DNA of 64,000 nucleotides, taken from the NCBI GenBank assembly GCA_944389535.1, contig CALXMS010000001.1:3390-67389 (forward strand), in the 5' to 3' direction. Origin of the DNA: an uncultured Alphaproteobacteria bacterium. GTDB lineage: Bacteria > Pseudomonadota > Alphaproteobacteria > Rs-D84. The notes beneath the pieces are model-generated. The model was not told where the DNA came from. It ran no database searches and saw only the letters and a list, made by a program, of their open reading frames with translations. The position numbers were made by a program, and so were the translations under genes. Below are positions 54,939 through 64,000 of this stretch, in pieces; position 1 is the stretch's first letter; every line of letters begins with the position of its first letter.

Positions 54939-56057
54939 TTACATGCGCATAGGCATCAAAACGAACAAAGCATCCGTCTTTTTATCTGTTGATTTAATAA
55001 CGGTTGGTGATAATGGATCCTGCATTTCCATCTGGAATTTATCACCTTCTACCTGACCTGCAACGTCCATCAAAAACTTCACATTAAACACAACTGTGAA
55101 AGAACTGTCCCCATTGTATTCAACGTCTAATTCCTGCGTCGCGGTTCCTGCATCTGGGCTTGATGCATTAACAACCAACTTATTCATAGAGAAAGTTAAT
55201 TGAACAGATTTCGTTTTATCAACGCTGGCAACAGAAACCAAATCGACAGCGTTCAAGAAAGACTTTCTATCCAAAATTGCAATTTTATCGTTACCTTTCG
55301 GTATAACAACGCGATAATTCGGATATTGTGCATCAACCAATTTACTTGTTAATGTTGCCGCCCCAACTGTAAAACGCGCCTTTGTATCAGACAGTTCAAC
55401 TGTAACATCATCCACAGTTGCATCTTCTAATAATTTAGATAATTCACCTATTACACGACGCGGTAAAATTACAGCCGGCATTTCTGCACTGCCAACCGGT
55501 GCCGGCATTGCACACAATGCCATACGTTGCGCATCAGTTGCAACCGCCGTTAACATTTTTTCTTTGCCTTCGTCAGAAATATGGAAATAAATTCCGCCTA
55601 AATGATACCGAACATCATCAGTTGGTATCGCGAATTTGGTCTGATTTATTAAGTGCGCCAAATCCCCAGTCGTCATCTGGAATTTAGTTGTCAAGTTACT
55701 GCCAGCCATTACTGGAAAGTTTTCCGCTGGTAAAGTAGGCAAACGAAATACGGCGCGACCGCTAGATACAACCAGCTGATCACCAGTTTGCTTAAAAGAA
55801 ATTTCTGCGTCGTCCGGCAATTTACGAACAATATCGTATAGCATTTGAACAGGAACGGTTGTCGTCCCCCCCAAAGTAATGTCTGCCGCGACATGCTCAA
55901 CCAATTCTAAATCAACGTTGGTCGCAGATAAAATTAAATCATCCGCAACTTCAATCTTAACGTTTACTAATATCGGCAAGGTTGCACGCTTTTCCACGAT
56001 TGATTGCATATGCCCCAGCGCACGTATTAAAACCTGACGAAATACTGAAAATTCCAT
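54939..56057 (-). CDS. dnaN: DNA polymerase III beta sliding clamp
   Basis: MEFSVFRQVLIRALGHMQSIVEKRATLPILVNV..; 372 aa, ending ..LFVLMPMRM. Confidence 0.93.
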   Translation of the reverse strand: MEFSVFRQVLIRALGHMQSIVEKRATLPILVNVKIEVADDLILSATNVDLELVEHVAADITLGGTTTVPVQMLYDIVRKLPDDAEISFKQTGDQLVVSSGRAVFRLPTLPAENFPVMAGSNLTTKFQMTTGDLAHLINQTKFAIPTDDVRYHLGGIYFHISDEGKEKMLTAVATDAQRMALCAMPAPVGSAEMPAVILPRRVIGELSKLLEDATVDDVTVELSDTKARFTVGAATLTSKLVDAQYPNYRVVIPKGNDKIAILDRKSFLNAVDLVSVASVDKTKSVQLTFSMNKLVVNASSPDAGTATQELDVEYNGDSSFTVVFNVKFLMDVAGQVEGDKFQMEMQDPLSPTVIKSTDKKTDALFVLMPMRM

Positions 56058-56205
56058 AATTTGCTCCTGTTAAATCTATCTTCGTCCTACATTCCTTTTA
56101 GGTAAGTTTATCAAAAAAGCCCGATTCGGTGCAAGACTTATTCAACGTAAAAACAGCTGGACAAACTATGCATTCAGTCAAAGTTTAATGATGTAAATAA
56201 CCACA

Positions 56206-56964
56206 TTATTTATACATAACTTTTTCCAATTTAGCGCGTAATTTTTTCATATCATCATATTTAGTAAATTTACCTTTTTCGGCAATTGATATATCCCCGC
56301 TTTCTTCCGATACGACTAATACAGTTGCGCCTGACACTTCGGACATACCCAATGCGGCTCTATGTCTTGTCCCATACTTCCAATTTAAATTATTTTTAGA
56401 CAGCGGTAAAATTCCACCTGCATATGCAATACGATTTTTCTCTATTATTACAGCCCCATCATGTAACGGTGTCTTATTAAAAAATATCGTCAATAATAAT
56501 TCACTTGAAATATCAGCATTTACCGCAACCCCAGGTTTATCAATAACGCTTTCATCTAAGGAAGTGGTAAAAACTATTAATGCCCCGGTATGCTTTATCG
56601 ACATATATTCAACCGCAGACAGCAAAGCATCCAACGCTTTCGTATTACGTGTTATATCCTGATTATGTTTAAACAGACGCCGCCATTCTTTAATATTTCC
56701 CATCAAAGCCATAAATTTACGTAATTCTGGTTGAAATATAACAACAAGACTGATAGATAAAAACAAAGCCACCCAATGTAAAAAAGCCCCCAGCAAATCA
56801 AGATGGGCCCAAGAAAGAATAAAACTTACCCCCCATAATAACGCCAGCCCAAATAGTCCGCGAACCAAACGTTCCGATGAAGTATTTTGTATAAAACTTC
56901 TATAAAAAATATATAAAGTAACGAAAATAATGGCTATCTGAATTAATTCTACCCAACTAAACAT
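56206..56964 (-). CDS. cdaA: Membrane-anchored diadenylate cyclase (CdaA/DacA type)
   Basis: Three N-terminal TM helices plus a DAC domain: ..HTGALIVF.. ..PLHDGAVIIEKNRIAYAGGILPLS.. ..YGTRHRAALGMSEVSGATVLVVSEESGDISIA... Confidence 0.88.
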   Translation of the reverse strand: MFSWVELIQIAIIFVTLYIFYRSFIQNTSSERLVRGLFGLALLWGVSFILSWAHLDLLGAFLHWVALFLSISLVVIFQPELRKFMALMGNIKEWRRLFKHNQDITRNTKALDALLSAVEYMSIKHTGALIVFTTSLDESVIDKPGVAVNADISSELLLTIFFNKTPLHDGAVIIEKNRIAYAGGILPLSKNNLNWKYGTRHRAALGMSEVSGATVLVVSEESGDISIAEKGKFTKYDDMKKLRAKLEKVMYK

Positions 56965-56977
56965 TTTATTTAATCCC

Positions 56978-59047
56978 CTATTTGTTCAATATACTACTTG
57001 CAAGTTCTTTAACTGGCAAACTCATCCAATCGGGGTCATCTCTACGAATAGTAGCCCCTTTTTCCATAGCTGTTTCACAAGGATGATCATCCGCCAACCA
57101 ATTTTCTAACAAATCGCCTGCCAATAAACCGACACCTGCCCCAGCAACCAAACTAATTCCACCAGTAAAAGGAGCAAGTAATAAACCTATACCAGTTGCA
57201 GAAGCAACTTTACCCGCCACCGCGGCGCCACTAATCTGTAACGTCGGTTCGGCTAAATTACCTGTAATTTCTATAGAATTAACAACATTACCCGTTAACG
57301 ATAATTTTAATCCTCTTACAGGTACTGTTATCAAAGATAATTTAATTTTTTCTTTTCCTAAATCTAAATCTCCTGCTAAACGAAGGTTTATCGCATTTGT
57401 CTCAACAGCCACCCCGTGTTGAGTCTCAATTAAACCATTTCGTATCTTAGTATTTACAGATGCACATGATATTTTCATCTGATTATATTTTTTTTCGGAC
57501 CTAAATAAATCTTGAATGCTATGCCGCAACGTAGTCAAGAAATCACTGCCATACATATTTGCCACCAAAGTAGAATGGGCATATCCAGCTGCAGAAGAAT
57601 ACACTTGTACGGGTCCAGTAAGTGTCTGCATCCAATCAGATAAATTGTAACCATTTGCTTCAACATACATATCTAAATCCACTGGAAGATCCGAAATTAA
57701 ATTATCTACGTGTATTTGTCTTAATAATTCGCCAATTACGATGCCATGACCTGCACCACCCATTTTAACGTACATTAAACCGTCAGAATTAATCGTTATA
57801 TCAGACCCAATTTTTACGTCTCCACCGGCTATATTGGTGCCGACATCTACACGTGCAACCCCGTCTTTCAAATTTATTTTAACATCTGTATCTTTCAAAT
57901 TAAATTCACGATATACTATAAAATTATCCAGCTTTATATGAACATCTAAATTTGTTTTAGCAAAAATATCTCCAAACAATGGGATATCTTTAAAGACATT
58001 TAGTTCTCTATCTGGTCTTGTCCAATTTTTTTCATATGCTTCTGGAAACAATTCTACCAAATTAATTGATTTAGATTCTAAAGTTGCTTTTATGTTAGGT
58101 AATTTACCAGACCAGTCTATAGTTCCGGAAAAAGCCAATGTATTACCGCGTACTTTTATTGACGAATTACGAAGAGTTAACTTCTGCCAATCATATCCAC
58201 CAGAAATATTTACGCTTACTGTCGGCATAGGAATAAGTTTTAAATTGAAAACGTTTCCTACCTCCTCTATATCAGGAATATCACCCTTGATGATAAAATC
58301 TATTGGCGCTTTACTGGTCCCCTCTAAGGCGATATTTGCTATTAATGCATCTCCCCCTGTTGAAAAGGCAATTTGTACGGGATATACCTTGCGCTCTGCA
58401 TTATACTTAGAAAAAGATAATATAAAAGGGAATACATCAGAATGAGATTTTATCCAACCGCTATACTCTCTACTATCCTTATGAGGCATATATCTAACCT
58501 GGAAAGCATTTACTGAATATATCGCCCCCAAAATATCTACCTCTAAATTCTGTACCTCTAAACCACCTAAACCTGGGTCTATAAAAGGGAAATCAGATGG
58601 TGCGCTTTGTTTATTATCTTCTGTCTGATTTATATTTGGTATGACAGAATATTCTCCTTTTTCGTTTTGCTCAACACATACAGTTGCGTCATATATTTTT
58701 ACGTTTTGGATGGTCGGTCTATCACGAAACAAAGAAAACAAATCTAATGTAACGTCTATTTTTTCTGCGCTAAACGCATCTTTATGATTTGCCCAATCCG
58801 CATTTGGAACACGTACCTGATTTAATTCAATTTGTGGCCGCAAGGACAATTTCCAAGAAACGGCACCGTCTATTTCTACTGGTAACCCCGTAGAATCTCG
58901 TAATATATCTAAAACATCCCCACGTAAAGCCTCAAGATTTATTTGCGACAAAGCAATTACAACAGCAACAAGCAACCCCATAACAAACAGGCTTAAAACG
59001 CGCATAACCTTAAAAAAATTTTTTTCTTTTTTCTTCTTTTTGACCAT
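56978..59047 (-). CDS. AsmA-family outer-membrane biogenesis protein
   Basis: N-terminal TM anchor (..VLSLFVMGLLVAVVIAL..) followed by a long beta-rich periplasmic body; 689 aa. Confidence 0.65.
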   Translation of the reverse strand: MVKKKKKEKNFFKVMRVLSLFVMGLLVAVVIALSQINLEALRGDVLDILRDSTGLPVEIDGAVSWKLSLRPQIELNQVRVPNADWANHKDAFSAEKIDVTLDLFSLFRDRPTIQNVKIYDATVCVEQNEKGEYSVIPNINQTEDNKQSAPSDFPFIDPGLGGLEVQNLEVDILGAIYSVNAFQVRYMPHKDSREYSGWIKSHSDVFPFILSFSKYNAERKVYPVQIAFSTGGDALIANIALEGTSKAPIDFIIKGDIPDIEEVGNVFNLKLIPMPTVSVNISGGYDWQKLTLRNSSIKVRGNTLAFSGTIDWSGKLPNIKATLESKSINLVELFPEAYEKNWTRPDRELNVFKDIPLFGDIFAKTNLDVHIKLDNFIVYREFNLKDTDVKINLKDGVARVDVGTNIAGGDVKIGSDITINSDGLMYVKMGGAGHGIVIGELLRQIHVDNLISDLPVDLDMYVEANGYNLSDWMQTLTGPVQVYSSAAGYAHSTLVANMYGSDFLTTLRHSIQDLFRSEKKYNQMKISCASVNTKIRNGLIETQHGVAVETNAINLRLAGDLDLGKEKIKLSLITVPVRGLKLSLTGNVVNSIEITGNLAEPTLQISGAAVAGKVASATGIGLLLAPFTGGISLVAGAGVGLLAGDLLENWLADDHPCETAMEKGATIRRDDPDWMSLPVKELASSILNK

Positions 59048-59065
59048 CTAAGTCGCCGTAAGTAT

Positions 59066-60034
59066 TTATGGTAATTTAAATTCTAAGAACTTTATTACCG
59101 GTTGCATAAAATCTGGTATTGGTGCACGCATAGTCAGCATCTTACCGCTAGCCGGGTGTCTAAATGTTAACTTATACGCTAACAAAAACAAGTTATTTGT
59201 TTCAAACATAGAGCGTAAAGTTCCATCTAATTTTTTATCGGTCCCATATAATATATCACCAACTATGGGGGCATTTAAACACAATGCACTATGTATGCGT
59301 AACTGGTGTGTTCGCCCCGTCTTAGGAGAAAAAAGAACCCAAGATAAATGTCCGGCTTTAGACAATACCTCATATTCTGTAACCGCACGTTGAGGGCGTT
59401 GTCCTGTACCATTATTTAAACGTTTGGCATCTTCAAACACTTGCCCCTTTATAATATAATTATCTATAATACCCCGTAATGGATTAACTTCCCCGTTTAA
59501 AAGAGCTAAGTATTCTTTACGTGCAGTTTTATTTTGAAATTCGCTTGATAATATCTGAGCGGCTTTCTGATTTTTAGCGACAACTAATACGCCGCTTGTT
59601 TCTCTATCCAACCGATGAACCAATGATATTTTATCATATGGAAATAAAGCTGCCGCCATTTTATCAATAGATTTTCTAATACCTGTTCCACCTTGGACGG
59701 CTAGTCCAGCAGGTTTATTAAAGACGACAATATCTTCATCATTATGAATTATGCACTGACGAAGGAATTCTAAATCTTCTAAAGAAAACCTTGTTCCGCT
59801 TTCCGTCTTTTTTACGGGCAATACGGCATAACTATTTAACGTTGGTGGAATTCGTACAACGTCCCCATCACGCAAAATTTCTTGTCCCTTAGCTCGTGAA
59901 GAATTTACTCTTATCTGTCCCCCGCGACATAACTTATAAAATTCACGTTGTGGCATTGACGGATACCGACGCAGAAACCAACGCAACAATCGCGTTCCTT
60001 CTTCTGTTTTCGACACAGTTACCATTTCTGCCAT
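59066..60034 (-). CDS. RluA-family rRNA pseudouridine synthase with an S4 domain (RluC/RluD-like)
   Basis: ..HRLDRETSGVLVVAKN.. ..TGRTHQLRIH... Confidence 0.88.
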   Translation of the reverse strand: MAEMVTVSKTEEGTRLLRWFLRRYPSMPQREFYKLCRGGQIRVNSSRAKGQEILRDGDVVRIPPTLNSYAVLPVKKTESGTRFSLEDLEFLRQCIIHNDEDIVVFNKPAGLAVQGGTGIRKSIDKMAAALFPYDKISLVHRLDRETSGVLVVAKNQKAAQILSSEFQNKTARKEYLALLNGEVNPLRGIIDNYIIKGQVFEDAKRLNNGTGQRPQRAVTEYEVLSKAGHLSWVLFSPKTGRTHQLRIHSALCLNAPIVGDILYGTDKKLDGTLRSMFETNNLFLLAYKLTFRHPASGKMLTMRAPIPDFMQPVIKFLEFKLP

Positions 60035-60058
60035 TATATTACCCCAAAAGCGTCCAGA

Positions 60059-60523
60059 TCATTCACCGTAAGTTATTTGAACAACGTTTTCGCCGTTCGC
60101 ATTATTACAGTTCCCCGATGCACCGCTTTGGGTCCGTCCAGATAATTCATACCCAACAGAACCGTCCCATCCTTTTGTAACAAAATATTCACAATCTGAC
60201 TGAGATAAACCGTTTATAGATATTACAAACTGTCTAGAATCGGAAGGATTAACAGATATTTCATATGTCCCACCATATGGATTTTTATTAGACATTCCGA
60301 TCGCACCGAATATGGTGGCATTATTTATGTTTGAATAATCATCATATTCTGTAAACATCTGACGTACCTGCGTTACCATTTGTAACACTTCGTCATTAAC
60401 TGTATTACGTTTTTGCATACTCATCGCGCTTGATATTGCGGCTATGGCCCCTACGGTGATTACCCCCATAATTGCCAACACACCCATCATTTCAATCATA
60501 GAACGTCCAGATTCTTGTACCAT
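60059..60523 (-). CDS. Type IV pilin/pseudopilin-like protein (class III signal peptide)
   Basis: MVQESG|RSMIEMMGVLAIMGVITVGAIAAI: a short leader, Gly at -1, Glu at +5, a hydrophobic helix, and a C-terminal Cys pair (..SQSDCEYF.. ..SGNCNN..). The ATG at 60523 is preceded by a GGGGG RBS-like run. Confidence 0.7.
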   Translation of the reverse strand: MVQESGRSMIEMMGVLAIMGVITVGAIAAISSAMSMQKRNTVNDEVLQMVTQVRQMFTEYDDYSNINNATIFGAIGMSNKNPYGGTYEISVNPSDSRQFVISINGLSQSDCEYFVTKGWDGSVGYELSGRTQSGASGNCNNANGENVVQITYGE

Positions 60524-60574
60524 GTTTATAACCCCCATTTGCTATTTTGTTTTTTATATTTTATCATAAAAGGC

Positions 60575-61999
60575 ATGAATATTCAATTTTCTGATTTAAT
60601 TGAAAACAGTCCCAATGCTCCTGGCATATATAAAATGTATGACGCAGACGGTAACCTATTATATGTGGGTAAAGCAAAAAACTTATCAAACCGTTTAAAG
60701 CAATATTTGGATATATCAAAACTAGAACCTCATAAACAAGTTATGCGTACATTGGTTGCTCGCGTTGATTGGGATATAACGGCGACAGAATCAGACGCAT
60801 TGATACTTGAACAAAAGCTTATAAAAACGCTTAAACCTAAATATAATATAATGCTTACAGACGGGAAAATGTACCCTATGATTGCTCTTACTCAATCAGA
60901 ATATCCTCGTCTATTAAAATTTCGTGGAAAAATATCACAACGTCGCGATGTTTTCGGCCCGTATCCTTCAGTATCAGCTTTAAACGAAACCATTAAAACA
61001 ATTCAAAAGGTTTGCAAACTGCGTACATGTACCGATACATTCATGCGAAATCGTACAAGACCATGTCTATTGTATCAAATTGGTCGATGCAGTGCCCCTT
61101 GCACGATACCGCAAACTGACTATATGGAAAACGTACAACTTGCACGCAGAATCTTAACTGGTGACAGTGAACCTATTATTGCAGATTTAACGAAAGAAAT
61201 GAAAAAATTTTCTGACGCAATGGATTTTGAATCTGCCGCAAAGTGCAGAGATAAAATCACAGCTCTTACACAAACATCAAATCGCGGTATGCGCCAGAAT
61301 AATGCACATAGCACAAATTTGAATTGGTCAAATAGTGTAAAAGAATTAGAAAAATGGCTTGGTATAAAAATAGACTGCGCAGGTGTTTTTGATAATTCTC
61401 ATTTATTCGGAAAGAACCCCGTTGGTGCAATGATAACGTTCGGTCATGACGGTTTCATAAAAACAGGTTACAGACATTTCAAACTAAAAGATTCTACTCG
61501 TTCTGGAAACGACATTGCCATGATGGAAGAGTTTATATTACGAGCCATTAAAAGAGGACCTAAATTAGATTTAATAATAGTAGACGGTGGTCAGGCACAA
61601 TGGAACATTGCAAAAAAGACGGCACCAGAAACGCCAATCCTTGGTGTAACAAAAGGTGAAGTCAGGGATGGCGACGAACATTTTATTCTTCCAACAGGAA
61701 CTATTTGTCGTGATTTACCCAAAGATTCTAACCTATTTTTATTACTGCGTGCTGTTCGGGATGAAGCGCACAGATTTGCGATAACATTTCATCGTACAGT
61801 GCGATCAAAAAGCATGACAACCTCTGTTCTGGACGAAATAGAAGGCATCGGCCCCACACGGAAAAAGGCATTATTAACACATTTTGGTTCTGTAAAAGCA
61901 ATAACAGATGCTAGTTTAGAGGCATTAATAAAAGTTCCTGGTTTGGGTAAATATGCCGCCAAAAAAATATATGCCCATTTTCATTCTGAAGTGATATAA
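60575..61999 (+). CDS. uvrC: Excinuclease ABC subunit C (compact, about 474 aa)
   Basis: It has a GIY-YIG domain (..PGIYKMYDADGNLLYVGKAKNLSNRLKQY..), a Cys cluster (CKLRTC..RPCLLYQIGRCSAPC) and a UVR motif. The endonuclease part (..VFDNSHLFG..) and the HhH2 end (..IEGIGPTRKKALL.. ..VPGLGKYAAKKI..) follow. The start was moved to the ATG at 60575. Confidence 0.88.
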   Translation: MNIQFSDLIENSPNAPGIYKMYDADGNLLYVGKAKNLSNRLKQYLDISKLEPHKQVMRTLVARVDWDITATESDALILEQKLIKTLKPKYNIMLTDGKMYPMIALTQSEYPRLLKFRGKISQRRDVFGPYPSVSALNETIKTIQKVCKLRTCTDTFMRNRTRPCLLYQIGRCSAPCTIPQTDYMENVQLARRILTGDSEPIIADLTKEMKKFSDAMDFESAAKCRDKITALTQTSNRGMRQNNAHSTNLNWSNSVKELEKWLGIKIDCAGVFDNSHLFGKNPVGAMITFGHDGFIKTGYRHFKLKDSTRSGNDIAMMEEFILRAIKRGPKLDLIIVDGGQAQWNIAKKTAPETPILGVTKGEVRDGDEHFILPTGTICRDLPKDSNLFLLLRAVRDEAHRFAITFHRTVRSKSMTTSVLDEIEGIGPTRKKALLTHFGSVKAITDASLEALIKVPGLGKYAAKKIYAHFHSEVI

Positions 62000-62034
62000 T
62001 AAATATATTGATCATTTATAAAAGGAGAAACATT

Positions 62035-62670
62035 ATGAAATTCTTTGTTAACTTTTTGTCTGCTTTTCGCATTGCTGCGGCATTTGCAATTATTCTGACA
62101 TTAATGTTCGGTTGGTATTGGACAAGTTTTATACTATTTGTATTGGGTTCTATGTCAGATTGGTTTGACGGTTATTTAGCAAGAAAATATAACGTGTGTA
62201 CGAAACTTGGTGGCGTAATGGACCATATAGGAGATAAATTAATAGTTGTAAACACAATGATAATGCTATCGATTGTTCTTACATTGGTATTACCTATGTT
62301 AATGCCTGGTTTTCCAGTATGGATAATTATAATACCTGTAATAATTATGATTGCACGTGAACTATATATAAGTGGTCTGCGTGAATTTTTAGGCACTCAG
62401 AAAATTGAAATGCCGGTACCCAAAGCACGTTTTTCAATGGGTAAAATAAAAACCACACTTCAAATGATTTCTTTATGTGCGTTATTATTTATGATGTGTA
62501 TGCCAAGTTTGGCCATGTACCCCGCTTATGAAATGCTTGCGTCAAACATATTCGTTATAATGGCATATGTTGGTATAATAGTTTTATGGTTGGCTTTGGT
62601 TGCATCATTATGGTCAGCAACACAATACACATTTACTTTCATTGAAAAATTAAAACAAGTAAAAAAGTAA
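62035..62670 (+). CDS. pgsA: CDP-alcohol phosphatidyltransferase (phosphatidylglycerophosphate synthase-like)
   Basis: ..DWFDGYLARKYNVCTKLGGVMDHIGDKL.. matches the D-G-x2-A-R-x8-G-x3-D-x3-D motif. The ATG at 62035 has an AAGGAG RBS. Confidence 0.85.
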   Translation: MKFFVNFLSAFRIAAAFAIILTLMFGWYWTSFILFVLGSMSDWFDGYLARKYNVCTKLGGVMDHIGDKLIVVNTMIMLSIVLTLVLPMLMPGFPVWIIIIPVIIMIARELYISGLREFLGTQKIEMPVPKARFSMGKIKTTLQMISLCALLFMMCMPSLAMYPAYEMLASNIFVIMAYVGIIVLWLALVASLWSATQYTFTFIEKLKQVKK

Positions 62671-62703
62671 AAAAATCCCGTTAATTATAACGGGATTTTT
62701 TTT
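62669..62703. terminator. Bidirectional terminator (pgsA / dnaJ)
   Basis: AAAAAA-ATCCCGTTA-atta-TAACGGGAT-TTTTTTT. Confidence 0.8.
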
Positions 62704-62750
62704 GATTAATAAAATACGCTATATACTGTATTTCCTATGCATAGATAAAA

Positions 62751-63890
62751 TTAAAACCATCCTTTTTTAGCATTTTTTGTTTCTGCAAATTCTGCTAAAA
62801 TTTTCTTTTGTTTTTCTGTCAGTTTTGTTGGAACAGGCATATTTATATCAATGTATAAATCACCGAAAGTCCCTGCTCTACGTCCTGGCATACCATGTCC
62901 ACGAACGCGTAATTTTTCACCGACTTGCGTACCAGCAGGAACTTTAACAGACAACTTTTTATCATCTATCGTTTCAACTTCTATTTCACCACCCAGCGCA
63001 AGCGTCGTAAAAGGAATATCTACACGCGTTATCAAGTCACTTCCGTCACGCTCAAATCTTTTATCTGGTCTTACCCTGATATCCAAATAGAAATCACCAG
63101 CCGGAGCACCATTTTGACCTGCTTCACCCTGACCGGCCAACCGTAATCTTGTACCGTCTTCAACACCTGCTGGGATTTTTACATCCAAAGTTCTTGTTTT
63201 TCGGACTGTTCCAGCGCCGTCACAAACGGTGCATTTTTTATCAATTTTGTGTCCCAATCCGTTACAATCTGGGCATGGAGTTTCCATGGCGAAAAAACCG
63301 CGAGACGTTCTGACATATCCCGTTCCGCCACATCTTGAGCATACAGGTGCCTCTTTACCATCTGCAGTACCGAAACCATGACATTTATCACATTCCACAT
63401 TTGTAGTAAATTTTACGGTATGATTTTTACCGAAATAAGCATCTTTCAGGTCAATTACAACCTCATCCAATAAATCCCTGCCACGCCGTTGACTTTTTCC
63501 AGCACGTGCACCACCAGCAGCCCCCCCCATGTCAAAACCAAATCCGCGCATGGCTTCACGTAAAATATCCTCCATACCGGCGCCCCCCCCCATATCAAAA
63601 TGGAAAGCCCCGTTACCAAAAGGGTTACCGCCGGCCCCAAAAGGATTTGCCCCTGATGCGTTTCCACCTGCAAAAGCTGCGTCACCAAACCTATCATATG
63701 CCGCACGTTTTTGAGGATCTTTTAAAATATCAAACGCATTATTTACTTCCTTAAATTTTTCTTCGGCGCTTTTATCACCAGGATTTCTATCTGGATGATA
63801 TTTCATTACTAGCTTATGATACGCCTTTTTAATGTCATCTTCCGACGCGTCACGAGCCACCCCTAAAACTTCATAAGGATTTTTATTCAT
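62751..63890 (-). CDS. dnaJ: Chaperone DnaJ
   Basis: J domain (..YHPDRNPGD..), a Gly/Phe-rich linker, and four CxxCxGxG boxes ([32 protein letters not shown]). Confidence 0.96.
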   Translation of the reverse strand: MNKNPYEVLGVARDASEDDIKKAYHKLVMKYHPDRNPGDKSAEEKFKEVNNAFDILKDPQKRAAYDRFGDAAFAGGNASGANPFGAGGNPFGNGAFHFDMGGGAGMEDILREAMRGFGFDMGGAAGGARAGKSQRRGRDLLDEVVIDLKDAYFGKNHTVKFTTNVECDKCHGFGTADGKEAPVCSRCGGTGYVRTSRGFFAMETPCPDCNGLGHKIDKKCTVCDGAGTVRKTRTLDVKIPAGVEDGTRLRLAGQGEAGQNGAPAGDFYLDIRVRPDKRFERDGSDLITRVDIPFTTLALGGEIEVETIDDKKLSVKVPAGTQVGEKLRVRGHGMPGRRAGTFGDLYIDINMPVPTKLTEKQKKILAEFAETKNAKKGWF

Positions 63891-64000
63891 TTTTTGTTTC
63901 CATACTTACTTTGTCCCAAAATATATAGTTAGAATAACATAAAAATCAAGGTCATAAATATTTTTCCTAGATTTTCAAGATTTGTACCATAAATAAGAAG

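Noticed and set aside
63891-64000. A sigma32-type heat-shock promoter upstream of dnaJ (CTTGAAA at about 63972-63966 on the minus strand).
   Set aside because: Only the -35-like CTTGAAA is convincing. The downstream box (TTTATGA) is a poor match to CCCCAT/CYTAT, and the window ends before the context, including a possible dnaK, can be seen.

Overview
This is a visibly AT-rich 64-kb chromosomal segment from a diderm bacterium. The core proteins look alphaproteobacterial: the RpoA N-terminus is MIEKNW..LIKP.., the alpha operon lacks rpsD, and there is an ftsE-ftsX-DUF218-plsC block. That placement rests on remembered family features, not on a database search.

About 3.5-23.1 kb is one contiguous minus-strand str/S10/spc/alpha ribosomal super-operon (rpsL-rpsG-fusA-tuf-rpsJ ... 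rplO-secY-rpsM-rpsK / rpoA-rplQ). rpmD was found by hand because it is under 60 aa. The operon is interrupted once, by an opposite-strand secreted-protein gene between rpsK and rpoA.

The rest is housekeeping: mltG, tRNA-Pro(CGG), acyl-CoA synthetase, fabF, acpP, lepA, rbfA, pal, ftsEX, plsC, tolB, fba, efp, ppa, dnaN, cdaA, an AsmA-like gene, a RluA-family gene, uvrC, pgsA and dnaJ. It is interleaved with accessory and cell-surface content:

- (i) A Cys-rich secreted protein at the left edge, cut by the window, with at least 841 codons seen.
- (ii) Three tandem small beta-barrel OMP genes, two of which share a duplicated upstream module.
- (iii) An AT-rich insert fused behind lepA. It carries three tandem paralogues of an unrecognised small Cys-motif protein plus a catalytically degenerate tyrosine-integrase-like gene.
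- (iv) The most striking locus (37.1-43.0 kb): a beta-barrel OMP gene followed by four signal-peptide-bearing paralogues assembled from phage-tail-fibre-type modules, with no other phage genes nearby.
- (v) A CopG/BrnA-like plus DinD-like gene pair.
- (vi) A VirB2/TrbC-like mini-protein, Cys-rich lipoproteins, and a protein with eukaryote-like Cys repeats plus a Listeria-Bacteroides-type repeat.
- (vii) An orphan type IV pilin-like gene.

I saw no rRNA, CRISPR array, transposase or complete prophage. The ORF track allows TTG/GTG starts, so several starts were moved to internal ATGs with a visible RBS.
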